Notes: generated by a model from the sequence alone, not told the origin. Shown: positions 27,665 through 41,255, counted from the stretch's first letter. The stretch: 64,000 nt of DNA from Octopus sinensis (GCF_006345805.1 NC_043008.1:55862001-55926000); one strand, 5' to 3'. Program-made: numbers and translations.

Positions 27665-27789
27665 ATTCGGTCCTGTGTTATATTTCCCCCATCGATAGGG
27701 AATGGCCAGCAGATGATAGGGGGGTATTTTGTTTGTAGTTGTCTGACATCACATTCAAAGGGCAGGGAAAAGCCACGAAACCAGCCAGA
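27665..27789 (-). CDS. Weak candidate exon (SGWFRGFSLPFECDVRQLQTKYPPIICWPFPIDGGNITQDR, phase 0/2)
   Basis: Open frame in unique sequence with acceptor gcatgacag| and weak donor CGAAT|gtaaaa. Phase-compatible with 26643-26651, but other readings of this region exist. Confidence 0.2.
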
Positions 27790-29169
27790 CTGTCATGCTT
27801 GAGTGGTCGGCAGACAGAAAAGTATTCAGCTGTAAATGCAAGTGTTCCAGACAATACAACAATGTCCAAGTTTCTCAAAAACTCCACTGTCTACCCATTG
27901 AGAAAAAGGAGAAAAAAAAAAAGAGCAAGGAAAATAGATAGCAAATTATATATCTATTCTTTCTTTTTATATTTTATTATCTTTCACCTGTTGTTATTCC
28001 TGAGCTAGCTGGCTGGTCAACCACAGAATTTCCTGGCTGGGCGAGTTGGCTGGTCAGAAAGTTGACTGGCTTGGTTGACCAGCTACTCTTTCACCTTGAA
28101 CAAGTGTTGGTTTGCCAAGTGAAGGGACCTTGACATAGTTGTTTGATCTGCAAGAAACAGTGGCTGAATCTACCCCAAAGTGTACCTTGTCATCTTGAAA
28201 AAAAAAAAAAAAAAGTCACATTAGATACTGTGGTCTTAAATACCCCTAAAAAAATAGGTGGAATGGTCATGATGGAATGGCATTGAGTGTAGGTCTGCTC
28301 AGTTAAGGTTCACTTAGGGCTAAACAACAACTTAAAATAAACTGCTTCACTTCCTTTATAATCTTCTCTTTTTCTTTCTTTTCTTTTTTCCCTTGTTTTC
28401 CTTCCTTTCTATATATCTACCTATCTACCTGTTTATTTAATTTCTTCTTCCTTTCATTCTATCCTCCTCTTCCACTAATACTCCCCTCTCCCTCCTCCCT
28501 CTATTACTCATCTCTCTCCTCTTCTTTCCTTCTGAAATAAAGTTGTATCAACCTAGATAAATGCACTCCCACCCACTGTTTCATCCACCAACCCTCCTGT
28601 TACAACTAATCCACTCTAATCCCTCGCCTGTGGCTTCATTTACATATTTGATACAGTTTGTTGTAAATTTCAGACAACACTTGTATAATCCACTTTCTCC
28701 CCCCACTCTCTCGCACCCTTCCCACCTTCTCTGTCTCCCTCCCTAACTTCCTTACTCCACCCCCTTCAGTACCATCGCAACCTCTTATCAACTTGTCTTC
28801 ATTATCACCCGTTGGTATTAACATCATTACAAACTCAACCCTCCCTCCTCATCAAACCACCACCACCACCACCATCACCACAGCTAGACCACCTTCATTA
28901 TCAAAATACCATTACCAACACCCGCCCTCATCATCAACACCATCACTATCATCACCAACCACTATTATCAACAACACCATCATCCCTCACCTACTACTAT
29001 CACTGCTACTATATTTCATTAAATGTTTTTTGGTGTTTAAACTTTTCAGTACTAAGCAGCCTGATGCCACATCTGGTTCTTTGATGCAGAATCTGCCCAT
29101 TTTAAAATGTTCATGACCATCCTGTGATCCATTATGTATTTCATTAGTGTTTTTATTGGTTAGATCATT

Positions 29170-29595
29170 CATAAATTAACTGGGTGGATCAGTCTTAAGT
29201 TAGCTGGCCAGACCAGTCCTTAGGTAACTGGCTGGAATAGTCCTAGGTTAACTTGTTGGGTTAGTCCTAGGCTAACTTACTGGATCAGTCTTTAGTTAGA
29301 ACACTGGATAGGTTATATGTTAGCTGACTGGATCAATCCTAAGTTAACTGGCTGGAATAGTCCTAGGTTAACTTGTTGGGTTAGTCCTAGGCTAACTTAC
29401 TGGATCAGTCTTTAGTTAGAACACTGGATAGGTTATATGTTAGCTGACTGGATCAATCCTAAGTTAACTGGCTGGAATAGTCCTAGGCTAACTTACTGGA
29501 TCAGTCTTTAGTTAGAACACTGGATAGGTTATCTGTTAGCTGACTGGATCAATCCTAAGTTAGCTGGCTGGATCGGTCTTAAGTTAGCTGGCTGT
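29170..29595. repeat. Minisatellite with 120-bp higher-order unit built from ~21-nt subunits
   Basis: Units start at 29226, 29346 and 29466. The first two appear identical and the third lacks one subunit. Confidence 0.9.
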
Positions 29596-30334
29596 GTCTT
29601 TTATTTAAAACAACAGGGTATGATTTGATAAAGAATCTGCTGCTGTTTGTAGCAAATCTTGTGACCATGTTGCGGCATCATTGCTGACACCCATTTGTTC
29701 CTCTCAATGTAGGCATATGAAGCTGTTTACTGTACAAAATAGGTACCTGTACGTAGTTTTACAAACAACAACCTTTAATATAAACTTAAATAAACAAAAA
29801 CAAAAAGAAAACCAGCTACTTCAGTTTTCAGCCACAATGTTTGTTTTTTTTATATTGTAGTTATATTGTGTTGAGCTATTTTGTTTATATACAGCAAAGA
29901 ATACTGTTAAGTAAAGTTATACCTTTGTTCAAGGACATAAGACAATGGGATTTGAAGAGCTGATTTGTAACACAACAGAACTGTGCTTTTGTATACCATA
30001 TACATACATAATACTTGTGTTGGCAATAATTAACACAAATCCACAAGACTCAAGTCTCTAAAGTAGGTTCAAAACTTCCAAACAACTATTGTAATTGTAA
30101 GTGTTGTAGTTCTCCAACATTAGCCTAAACCAGGGGTTCTCAGATCGGGTCCATATAAGACTTTTGGGGTCCAGGAATACAATATAGTAAATTGGGGGTC
30201 AACAGTAATTTTTCAGGGGCTATGAAAAAATTGTGCTTCACATAAGTAAAATTTATGTTCAATAATTTGGTTATACATCCACGATACACAAAATGATTTT
30301 ACAATTTTTATACGTCTCCTAATAGTTTTTAATT

Positions 30335-30740
30335 TAGGTGCAGACATGGCTGCGTGGTAAGAAGCTTGCTTCCCAACCACATGGTTCTGGGTTCAGTCCC
30401 ACTCTGTGGTACCTTGGGCAAGTGTCTTCTACTATAGTCTTGGGCTGACCAAAGCCTTGTCACTGGATTTGGTAGACGGAGACTGAAAGAAGCCTGTCGT
30501 GTGTGTGTGTATGTATGTATATATTTGTGTGTGCATGCATATGTGTGTGTGTCCACCATTGCTTGATAACTGATGCTGGTGTGTTTACGTCCCCGTAACT
30601 TAGCAGTTCGGCAAAAAGAGTCAATAGAATAACTACCAGGCTTACAAAGAATAATTCCTGGGGTCAATTTCTTTGACTAAAGGTGGTGATCCAGCATGGC
30701 CACAGTCAGATGACTGAAACAAATAAAAGAATGAAAATAC
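30335..30740 (+). mobile_element. SINE family 1 copy interrupting a hAT-type MITE
   Basis: Full head-to-tail match to the 55170 copy. The MITE left part (30130-30320) and right end (30760-30823) flank it. Confidence 0.75.
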
Positions 30741-31223
30741 AGTAGGGTTTTTTTTTGAAGCGGGTCCATCCGAATAAAACAGGAATCAAAGGGGGCCACT
30801 GGTAGAAAATGGTTGAGAACCCCTAAACCATTATCGGCATCAAACTGATAGTAATAGAAGTAGTAGGAAATAAAAGCAGCTTTTATCAAAAAAAAAAAAA
30901 AAAATTTACAAAAAGATCTGAAACTATATCCTGATTTGATCTGTTAATTTTAATCCATAGTAATTTGCTCTTTTCATCACAGATTAGCTTCCAACGTCTG
31001 AACAGCTCACAATAGAGTTAACAAAGTCAGTTTCATTGGATTTACTATTATTATTATTATTTTGTTTTTCTGTCCTTACATTCTGAGTTTAAATTCTGCT
31101 GGGGTTGACTTTATGTGTCATCCTTTCGGGGTCGATAAATTAAGTACCAGTGAAACACTGGGGTTGATGTAATGACTAGTCCCCTCCCCTAAAATTTCAG
31201 GCCTTGTACCTTTAGTAGAAAGG

Positions 31224-31332
<109 letters not shown>

Positions 31333-31509
31333 TATCTTTGACTTTTGCTTTATATTTGTACAAGTTGGCTCCAAGTCTCACCCAGAGATCTCAAGAGACA
31401 ACAGGTTGGAAGTTCATGTTGTTGTTATGCCTAGTGTGCCATATATTTGGTTTATTATTATTATTATTATTATTATTTCCATTTCACTTCTTACAGCTCT
31501 CGATTTCAC

Positions 31510-31725
31510 TTGCTCTGGTTAATTCTGTAAGAGCAGACAACATCCTGCTGTCAAATGTCTCACAGGGTCTCTTTCCACAATACTTAACACCCAAGAACCA
31601 ATCTTAAGATCCTTGCTCTCCCCAATACAGCAGTTTTCTGAGCATGTTCTACCCTCTTGTCAATCTTAAGCTCTCCAGCCTGGTTAATACTTCCAGTGCC
31701 ACTACAACTAGTTGGATGACAGCTA
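31510..31725 (-). mobile_element. 3' end of a restriction-like-endonuclease (R4/Dong-like) LINE
   Basis: The minus frame GSINQAGELKIDKRVEHAQKTAVLGRARILRLVLGC* resembles the QKxxxLGTARILR terminal motif. Confidence 0.6.
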
Positions 31726-31778
31726 CTCTCTACATTCACGCATCACCATCACCACCACAACCACCACCATCATCATCA

Positions 31779-32160
31779 GTGGAGGCGCAATGGCCCAGTG
31801 GTTAGGGCAGCGAACTTGCGGTTGGAGGATCGCAGTTTCGATTCCCAGACCGGACATTGTGTGTGTTTACTGAGCGAAAGCACCTAAAGCTCCACAAGGC
31901 TTTGGCAGGGGGTGGTGGCGACCCCTGTTGTACTCTTACACTACAACTTTCTCTCACTCTTTCTTCCTGTTTCTTGTCTCCGACTTCCTACGCAACCGCT
32001 GAGCCTGGATGCGCATTCATCCATCCGTCGATGCTCTCGGTGTCGGGGGTTGACCTGCTTTCTCTTCTGCGGGACTTACGAATAGCAAAGGACCACATTT
32101 GGGACTTCTCCCACTACAGACATGGGATGAAGACCGCTTCGCTCAACAAACAAACAAACC
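31779..32160 (+). mobile_element. SINE with family 2 head and core, CpG-rich tail type c
   Basis: Same head and core, a different tail ending in (CAAA)n. Confidence 0.75.
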
Positions 32161-32228
32161 ATCATCATCAATATTGTGAGGGCGGTGGGTTGACAAAATC
32201 CTTAATACTTTGGACAAAATGCCTTGTG

Positions 32229-32280
<52 letters not shown>

Positions 32281-33489
32281 GCTTCTTTTAGTCTCCGTTC
32301 ACCAAGTCCATTTTGCAAGGTTTTGCTTGGTGCAATGCTATAGTAGAAAACATTTGTCCAAGGTGCTGTACATTGGTATGGAACTCGAAATCACATGAAT
32401 GGGAAGCAAACTTCTTCAACACACAGTCCATTCCTGCACTGTCCAATTTTTATTCTGATAATACCAGTAGTAGTCCTAAGTTAATTGGCTGGATTAATTC
32501 TAGATTAACTTGCAGGATCGATTCTAAGTTGGAAAAGTGGATCAGTTTTAAAATAGTTGAAAAAGGCCTGAACCCTTTCATTACTGTATTTATTTTGAGA
32601 TGCTGTATGTTTCTTTCAATTATTTTAGATATAACAAAGAATTTATCAAATTAACATAGTTATCATTAAGCTAGTGTTAGGAACATAAATTGTGACTAAG
32701 GTTTAGTGGAAGATTTTTATTCAAAACTTATGAAAACAAGACATTTGTACATAGAGCCAGAGCCGGGTTGGTAATGAAAGGGTTAAGTAATTGAAAGAAC
32801 CAGTTAAAGTTATTTATTAACATATATCACATATATATTTGCTTAATTTATCAATTTTTGAGAGAGTGAGAGAGAGAAAGTGAGAGAGAGTGTGATAAGG
32901 AGAGAGAGAGGAAAAGTGAGAGAGAGTGTGAGAAGCAGAGAGAAAGAGAGAGAGGGAAAGTGAGAGAGAGTGTGAGAAGGAGAGAGAGAAAGAGAGGGAA
33001 AGTGAGAGTGTGAGAAGGAAAGAGAGAGTGAGGAGGAGACAGAGAGAGTGAAAAAAACGAGAGTGAGTGTGAGAAAGAGAGAAAGAGTGTGTGAGAAAGT
33101 GATAAATAGATAGATAGATAGAGAGATAGATAGAGAAGAGGGGAGGGAGAAATCTGATTGAGTCAAACAAACTCTAGGGAACCATGAGAATGTTTATATT
33201 TTTTTTTATATTCTAATATATATATATATATTTTTTTTATTTCTGGCTTAGTGAAAGGCTTCCATAAGCTGATGTTTGGGCAATGATTAGAAGAAAACCA
33301 TGACTCATAGGTTATTTTGCAACAGCATCAACTCTGCTAAAAGCACCCAAGGGCCAGGTGGTAGTGTTGAAAAGAAACTATGCTATTAATGCAGACAGCA
33401 AAATGATCTCTCTCACGCACACACACACACTCACATGCATATATATATATGTATGTATATTATATATATGTATATATATATTTTGCTCC

Positions 33490-34140
33490 AACTATACCGG
33501 AGTCGTTTCTCCCACCACCATTATAGGTGTCTACTCTTAAACCCCTCTTCAATACGCTATTCACCATGCATTACTCTCTCTCGATATCCTACGTTCTACT
33601 TGCCAGAAACTGTCCTCTGAAACCACCCTCCCACTGGGTTCCCCTCACCCTCCCACTGTGTTTCCCCTATATTCTGGCCCCCCCCACCACCATTATAGGT
33701 GTCTACTCTTTGACCCCCCTCTTCAATACGCATTCACCATGCATTACCCCTCTCTCGAATTCCTACGTTCTATGGCCTAGAACCTGTCCTCTGAACCCAC
33801 TGGTGCTTCCCTATATTTTCGGCACCCCCCCCCCCCACCACATTATAGGTGTCTATCTTGAACCCCCCTCTTCAAACGCTATTTCACATTGCATTACCCC
33901 TCTCTCGATATCCTAGTTCTACTTGCCTAGAACCTGTCCTCTGAACCACCCCTCCCACTGGTGCTCCCCTTATTTCTGCACCCCCCCACCACCATTATAG
34001 GTTGTCTACTTTTGAAGCCCCTCTTCAATACGCTATTTCACCAGCATTACCCCCCTCTCTCGGTATCCTACGTTCACTTGCTAGTACCTGTCCTTGAACC
34101 ATCCCTCCCACTGGTGCTCCCCTATATTCTGCACCCCCCC
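33490..34140. repeat. Tandem array of ~150-170-bp units (about 4 copies)
   Basis: cccacca(c)cattataggtgtctact recurs at about 33511, 33683, 33834 and 33985. Confidence 0.9.
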
Positions 34141-34402
34141 CATTTAAAAGCACCATCCGAACGTGGCCGATGCCAAGACCACTCTGGCACCTGTGCAGGT
34201 GGCACGTAAAAAACACCCACTACACTCGCGGCAGTGGTTTGCGTTAGGAAGGGCATCCAGCTGTAGGAAACACTGCCAGACTAGACTGGAGCCTGGGGCA
34301 GTCCCGAGCTCCCCAGACCCCGTCGATCGACGAAAACCGTCCAACCCGTGCTAGGCGGAAAACGGACGTTAAATGATGATGATGATGATGATGATATATA
34401 TA

Positions 34403-34766
34403 CTAGCAGTATCGCCCGCGTGCTCAGGTTTGTAAGGGAAATAACTATAAAGCATTTTAGAGAGTTATAGCCCAAAAATAGCAAAAAATGATGGTAAATT
34501 TTTTTTTTAGTTAAAAAAGGGGGAGTTGCGTCCCGAGACAGTTTGCGGTTTTGTGTTCTGATTCTCGACCCCATGTCGAATTTATCGATTTTTTTCAGAA
34601 CTGGGGGAACTTTTCAAAATTTTTGCTGCGTTAGTTTTGAATTATGACATTGGGCTATGTGTGTGTAAGTTTCATCAGAATCGGTCGGTTGAAAGCCGTG
34701 GTCAGGGGAGGGTACAAGCAAACGGACACACAGAAACACGCACAGACAAACTGCCGTTTATATAGA
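34403..34766 (-). mobile_element. Non-autonomous Helitron related to the 26042 element at its 5' end
   Basis: Minus 5' end A|TCTATATAAACGGCAGTTTGTCTGTGCGTG resembles the 26042 start. It ends in a degenerate GC hairpin plus CTAG|T. Confidence 0.7.
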
Positions 34767-34768
34767 TA

Positions 34769-34800
<32 letters not shown>

Positions 34801-35593
34801 TATATATATATGTATAATAATATATGTATATACACAGACATATATACACCACACGCATGCACAACTACCCACACATGAAGATATATGTGTATACACACTG
34901 GCACACACACACACATATATATATATACATATGCATACGCATGCACGCATATTTATGCATATATCTAACGAGCAATATGATCAAATCTTTTCAGTCCCTA
35001 CACATAAGTCTTGACCCAAATCACTTCCTTGACCAACTGGAACGGCAAATCAAGAATACATTATTACTTATTTTATCTTAATCTCAGTATTTCTTCTGGC
35101 TCTTTGCATTCTGAGTTCAAATCCTACTTTAGTGCCATCGACCAAGACTAATCATTTCACCCTGCAAAGCACTCCATTCAATAAGCAGTTGACCCCTTGG
35201 GACAGCATAGATGAGCTGGCAGAGTTATGTTGAGGCTTTAATCCAGTTGTGGATCAACAGCTGTTGAATGGAATTAGTAGACGTAGCCTCAGGCAATTTG
35301 GTATTAAAAGAGTTAATGTCTTTGTTCTCTGTTCTTTCTATTGTTAGCAGTTTTTTAATTTAGACACAAGGCTGGCTGTTTTGAGGGGTGAGGGTTAGTC
35401 GATACGATCAGCCCTAGTATTTGACTGGTACTTCATTGACTCCAGAGGCATAAAAGGCAAAGTTTTGATTTCAGCTGGATTTGAATGCTGAGTGCAAGAT
35501 ATTTTGTTCGATGTTCTAATGAATCTGGCAGCCCACAGCCCCTAATAATAATAATGATAACAACAACAACAACAACAGCAGCAGTAGCAACAA

Positions 35594-36162
35594 CAACAAC
35601 AACAACAACAACAGATGCAGTACCAGATAGTGGCTCTCGTGGCTTCTTATTTTAACTGATTGGAAGTGTCATCATGTACATTGTTTTGTCTTGGTATAAA
35701 AGATAAGCTACAGCAAATATCCTGCTCAATACCACAGATTTGCTTGTCAGTTGCTTGACTGTAACCAGTTGAGCATGTCCCTTAGTGGCTGGTGATATGT
35801 GCATCTCTGATCACGAGCAGAAGTAGTGGGGGAGCATTATAGCCATGTTGAGATGAATTCTTTGGGGTTTGAATAATTCACCTTTGGAAACATGGGTGTT
35901 TCGTTTAACATCCACAAACAACCCTTATTCAGGGATCTTTTGAGCAGGATGGGCTACTTGACCAGAAGAAAATTCTTACTGGGCCCCCACCTGCAAGGTC
36001 ATGCGCCGTTTATCTTGATATGAGATCACCATATCACACATATATGGTTGTGATGCATGTGCCTGGTGTACCCTTATCAGATGGGTAGTCATGATGGGTA
36101 TACTGGGCTTCGTATATTTTACCCCAGTGTCACTTTGATGGCATGCACTGCTCTCTCACTCA
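35594..36162. mobile_element. Interspersed repeat embedded between (CAA)n and (TAA)n tracts
   Basis: High-complexity block flanked by trinucleotide repeats. Its end (cactttgatggcatgcactgctctctcactca + aat repeats) recurs at about 1795-1850. Confidence 0.6.
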
Positions 36163-36532
36163 ATAATAATAATAATAATGATAATAATAATAATAATAAT
36201 AATAACAATAATAATATGTATAATTATTTAAGATAGTGGAAAAGACCAATGTGTGAACTAATTTCATGTCATTAGCAATAAGGACTAATTGCGCTAAGAT
36301 AAGGTCAGCAAGTGCAATGACATATATTCCACATATTTTACCATATTTATTGCATTTTTGACCTACTTTAAACGTGAATCTTGTATAAGCTGTATTATAG
36401 CTGTATATCTATTTTCTTTGTGTATATATGTATGAGTGTAAGTTATCTATGCATATCATTTTAAGATGTCTATACTTCTGTCTTCCTCTGTGTGAGTATG
36501 TGTGTGTATTTTTCCCTCCTCTCTCTCACTCC

Positions 36533-36564
<32 letters not shown>

Positions 36565-38419
36565 ATGCTTATACTTATATCTTCATATGCTTACTCCACC
36601 AAAAAAGAAACTCTCGTCACAATCTGTGTAATATAGAGCTGATGTGGGGGAGCCTTGGTCACTCAAACGTCTAGAAATAGCAGCAGGGTGTTTCTCAGAT
36701 CACAACCTACTATCTTAAAGAAGTTTGCATTGGACTGTGTTGAAACTGATATACAAAAAGACGGAATGGTCACATTTGGAACATCATTGACCATAGGTCT
36801 ACTCAAGGGGCCAAACAAGGACAGACAAACGGATTAAGTTGATTACATCGACCCCAGTGTGTAACTGGTACTTAATTTATCAACCCCGAAAGGATGAAAG
36901 GCAAAGTCAACCTCAGCGGAATGTGAACTCAGAACGTAATGGCAGACGAAATACGGCTACACATTTTGCCCCGCCGTGCTAAGGAGATTAAGTATATAGC
37001 TATAGGTTGGAACATGATGCTGATGATGACAATGATGATGATGATGTCAACAAAAGAACCCCTTTCCTCCCTATTGGTGATTTTTCTTCCCCTCCCTAGA
37101 ATGATTGTGCCCCTCTCCCCTCAGCAATTGTTTATTCACATGACTACCTTTAAATGGTTGTCATCTGTTTACCTTTTTTTCTTCTACTCAGTTCTGCTCT
37201 GCTAGATGAATAACTAATGGATCAATTCAGCCCCCTCCCCGCCCTTCTTCTTTTGTTTATTGTTGTTATTGTTCATGCATTGTTTAATTTGTTGGGGGTT
37301 TTTGTGATGATCCCACTTTCAGTCTTACCTACTGCTGTTGATATGGGGTAAAATACAGGATCAGCAGCTGTGGTGGTGGTAGTGGTAGTGGTAGTGGTGG
37401 TGGTGGTTGTAGTAGTAGTAGTAGTAGTAGTAGAAGTAGTAGTAGTAGTAATAGTAGTAGTAGTAGTAGTAGAATTAATAGCAGTAGCTGCAGAAAATGT
37501 TTACAATTCAATTTCTCAGTTTGTTTTTCTTCACTTTATTTTCTCTGTCTTTCACCATCTACTTTTTCTCCACCCCTCTTTCTCTCTGAGAGAAAGAGAG
37601 AGAGAGAGAGAGAGTAATGAGGGAGGAGGAGATAGAGAAGGAAAAAGAAGGGAGGAAGGAAGGGAGAATGAGGGAGAGAGGGATCAGACAAGGATGGAGG
37701 GAGAAACAAAGAGGAGGAGAGAAAGAAAGAGTAAGAGAGAACGAGGGAGAGAGAGGAATCAGACAGGGATGGAAAGAGAAAGGAGAAGGAGGAGAGAGAG
37801 AAGGAAAAAAAGGGAAGGAGGGAGAAAACATAGGGGTTAAATGATAGGTGTCCCATTAGCAGGCCTGGTCTATTTGTCCTAATTGTATACCCACCAGAGG
37901 ACAGTGCCTATTCTTGCTGTGTCCCACCAAAAAGTCTTTGTTTTGTATCCTATTGGAGTGCCTGTTATTGCATTTGTGCCTTATTAGAGGACCGGTTGTT
38001 TCATTTGTGTTCCACTAGAAGGGCCTGTTCTATTTCTGTCCACACCAGAAAGCCTATTATTTTCTATTTGTGTCTGGTTGTTATATTTCTGTCCAATCAC
38101 AAAGCCAGTTGCTTTGTTCAGTTAGAGGTCCTGTTCTATTTCTGTTCTGTCATAGAGCCTATTGTTCTATTTCTGTCCCCACAAATTATTGTTTATAATA
38201 CCATCCATTGTTTATACATGGTCCTGTTTATTGACTTATTACTATCACCTCATATTTTATGACTCAATTGTGTGTTGGCATTAATATGTTTAGACCATAT
38301 TACAGGTCTGGCTAATAATGAACTCATCTATAATTGGCTTATTTTTCTATGATAATGACTTTTCCTAGAGTTTCTAATGTCTGTTTTTTTTTTGTTTACT
38401 TTGAGTATCTGTCTGTAGC

Positions 38420-39570
38420 TTCCTGTGTTTGTCTATCTTCTAGTGTCTATCTGCAGTTTCTAGTGGCCTATCTGTAGCTTCCAGTACCTGTTGCTTTCAG
38501 TGTCTCTCTGCTGTTTCTAGTGGTCTATCTCTAACTTTCAGTTCTATCTGCAGTTCCTAGTGGTCTATCTGTAGCTTTCAGTGTCTATCTGCTGTTTCTA
38601 GTGGTCTATAACTTTCAGTGTCTATCTGAAGTTCCTAGTGGTCTATCTGTAGCTTTCAGTGTCTATCTGCTGTTTCTAGTGGTCTATAACCTTCAGTGTC
38701 TATCTGCAGTTCCTAGTGGTTTATCTGTAGCTTTCAGTGTCTATCTGCTGTTTCTAGTGGTCTATAACTTTCAGTGTCTATCTGCAGTTCCTAGTGGTCT
38801 ATCTGTAGCTTTCAGTGTCTATCTGCACTTCCAAGTGGTCTATCTGTAGCTTTCTATGTCTAGCTGCTTTTTCTAGTGGTCTATCTGTAGCTTTCAGTGT
38901 CTATCTGCAGTTCCTAGTGGTCTATCTGTAGCTTTTGTGGAGGTGCAATGGCCCAGTGGTTAGAGCAGTGGACTCGCAGTTGTAGGATCGCGGTTTCAAT
39001 TCCCAGACCGGGCATTGTGAGTATTTATTGAGCGCAAACACCTAAAGTTCCACAAGGCAGGGGGTGGTCGTGAACCCTGCTGTACTCTTTCACCACTACT
39101 TTCTCTCACTCTTTCTTCCTATTTCTGTTGTACCTGTATTTGAAAGGGCCAGTCTTGTCACACTCTGTGTCACACTGAATCTCCCTGAGAACTATGTTAA
39201 GTGTACACATGCCAGTGGAGTGCTCAGCCACTTGTACGTTAATTTCACAAGCAGGCTGTTCCATCGATCGGATCAACTGGAACACTCGTCGTCGTAACCG
39301 ACAGAGCGCCATCCATCTGTAGCTTTCAGGATTTGTAGCTTTCAGTGTCTATCTGCTGTTGCTAGTGGTCTATCTGTAGCTTTCAGTGTCTATCTGCTGT
39401 TGCTAGTGGTCTATCTGCAGCTTTCAGTGTCTATCAGCAGTTTCTAGTGGTCTGTCTGTAGCTTCCAATATCTGTAAGCTTTCAGTCTCTATCTGCTGTT
39501 GCTGGTGGTCTATCTGTAGCTTTCAGTATCTATCTGCAGTTTCTAGTGGTCTATCTGCTGTTTCTAATGA
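38420..39570. repeat. 20-21-nt minisatellite (tctatctgtagctttcagtg / tctatctgcagttcctagtgg) split by a SINE
   Basis: The units repeat on both sides of the 38938-39312 insertion. Confidence 0.9.
38938..39312 (+). mobile_element. SINE with family 2 head and core, tail type d, inserted in a minisatellite
   Basis: Same head and core. The tail (...gatcggatcaactggaacactcgtcgtcgtaacc) recurs at about 55950-56120. Confidence 0.75.
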
Positions 39571-39877
39571 TGTATATGTTGTCTTGAGTGTCTTTTCAAC
39601 TTGTGATCTCTTATGAGAGTTTCTGTGAAGAGAACAGCTGAGACGCTACCATCCAAAATTAGAAAAATGAAATCCTGCCAAGGCAGTCGAAAATTTATGT
39701 ATCAGCAACTTTGCCTTTGCCGTTAATATAATCTGGGCGAGAGTATGATTCATTGATTCATAATATCTTGAAAAATGTCAACAAGATATGAAGTGCTGTG
39801 AAGCCAGCTACACTGCTTTCTGTTAATACTACAACAAAGGTAAGACATTCAGCGATGAAGGGAAATGCAGTAAACGC

Positions 39878-39911
<34 letters not shown>

Positions 39912-40440
39912 ATTATAGCATCACATGTGAATCAATGAATAAATCAATACATGTTTCAAAGACAGCAGAGCACCAGGCTAAAATACTACGTTGCAGTGTT
40001 TAGTATTAACTAGTTGCATTTCAAGTTCAAACTCTGCAGGTGAAGGATTATTTAATTTTTTTTTTTTTTAATTTTACTGAAATAATAGATTCTTTAGGTA
40101 AATAATTATGGAAATGCTTGTAAATACAATATGAAGAGTGTTTGAGGCGAGAAAAGGGACTTCTGTGTGAGTATTTAAACTGCTAGTAATAGCAGCCAAA
40201 TTTCCTTCAGTTGCATTTTGAGGATGTGTGTGTGTATGTGTCTGTCTGTCTGTCTTTGGCTATGTGTCTGTCTGTCTGTCTGTGGTTTGTAATCACATGG
40301 TTTTGGGTTCAGTCCTATAGCATGGCATTTTGGACAAGTATCATCTGTTATAGCCGTAGACTTTTTAGTGGATTTCGTAGTCGGAAACTAAAAAGAAGCT
40401 TGTCATATATTTGTATATGTGTGTTGTGTGTGTATGTGTG

Positions 40441-40479
<39 letters not shown>

Positions 40480-41034
40480 TTTCTGTCCCTTTTTTTGTCC
40501 TTGTGCTAATTGTAAACAAAACATCATGTGCTAATTGTAAAAAAAAAAAAAATCATCATGTGCTAATTGTAAAGAAAACATCATGCAAGTGTTGTTGCTT
40601 GTTTGCTGTCTTCTGTGAAAATATGTGGACTGGGGGGGGGGACATGTTTTCATGTAACATTAACTTGTTTGGAAACAGATGAAGGTTGGTGACAAGGAGA
40701 GCGTCCAGCCATTGAAAATCTGCTTTGCTTCAACAAATCCCTTCTAACCCATGCAAGCAAGGAAAAATGAATGGTAAAACTATGATGATGATATTTAGAA
40801 GACTGAAACCAATGCTACTAATAGTTTCCTTTTTTTTAAGAATCACACAGCTCATCAAGATCCCTATGTTGGAAATATTGCTTTTAATAAGGGCGATCTG
40901 ATTAACTGTGTGGCTGTCACATAAGGAAATTTATTCAACAGTTTTCCAGCCACTGCTGGTTTTAGCCAATCAAATTCAGTTTGTAGTTTAGTTTATGTCT
41001 TGAAGTACCTTCTTGTTTATTATTACTCTAGACA

Positions 41035-41247
41035 AAGCTGGTGAGCTGGCAGAATCATTAGCATGCCAGGCTTAGCAGCATTTTGTCTGTCCTTATGTTC
41101 TGAGTTCAAATTCCATCGAGGTCAACTTTGCCTTTTGTCTTTTTGCGGTTGATGAAATAAGTTCCAGTTACGCACTGGGGCCAATGTAATTGACTAGTCC
41201 CTTTCCCCAAATTTCAGGCCTTGTGCCTATAGTAGAAAGGATTATTA
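41035..41247 (+). mobile_element. SINE family 4 (gagctggcagaatc...ttctgagttcaaattcc...ggccttgtgcctatagtagaaagg, (ATT)n tail)
   Basis: Copies at about 2030-2230, 8645-8775, 11200-11640, 13820-14290, 24800-24960, 31075-31330, 36820-36985 and 59860-60420. Confidence 0.8.
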
Positions 41248-41255
41248 CTCTAGAG

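Noticed and set aside
39800-40100. AG|GT junctions after pyrimidine-rich tracts (possible recursive splice sites; also near 29735-29750)
   Set aside because: They occur on both strands with only moderate tracts and cannot be distinguished from background.
40841-40924. Plus-strand frame NHTAHQDPYVGNIAFNKGDLINCVAVT resembling the SH3 'ELsFkkGD' motif
   Set aside because: It ends in TAA with no convincing donor and lacks the rest of the SH3 signature. Probably chance.
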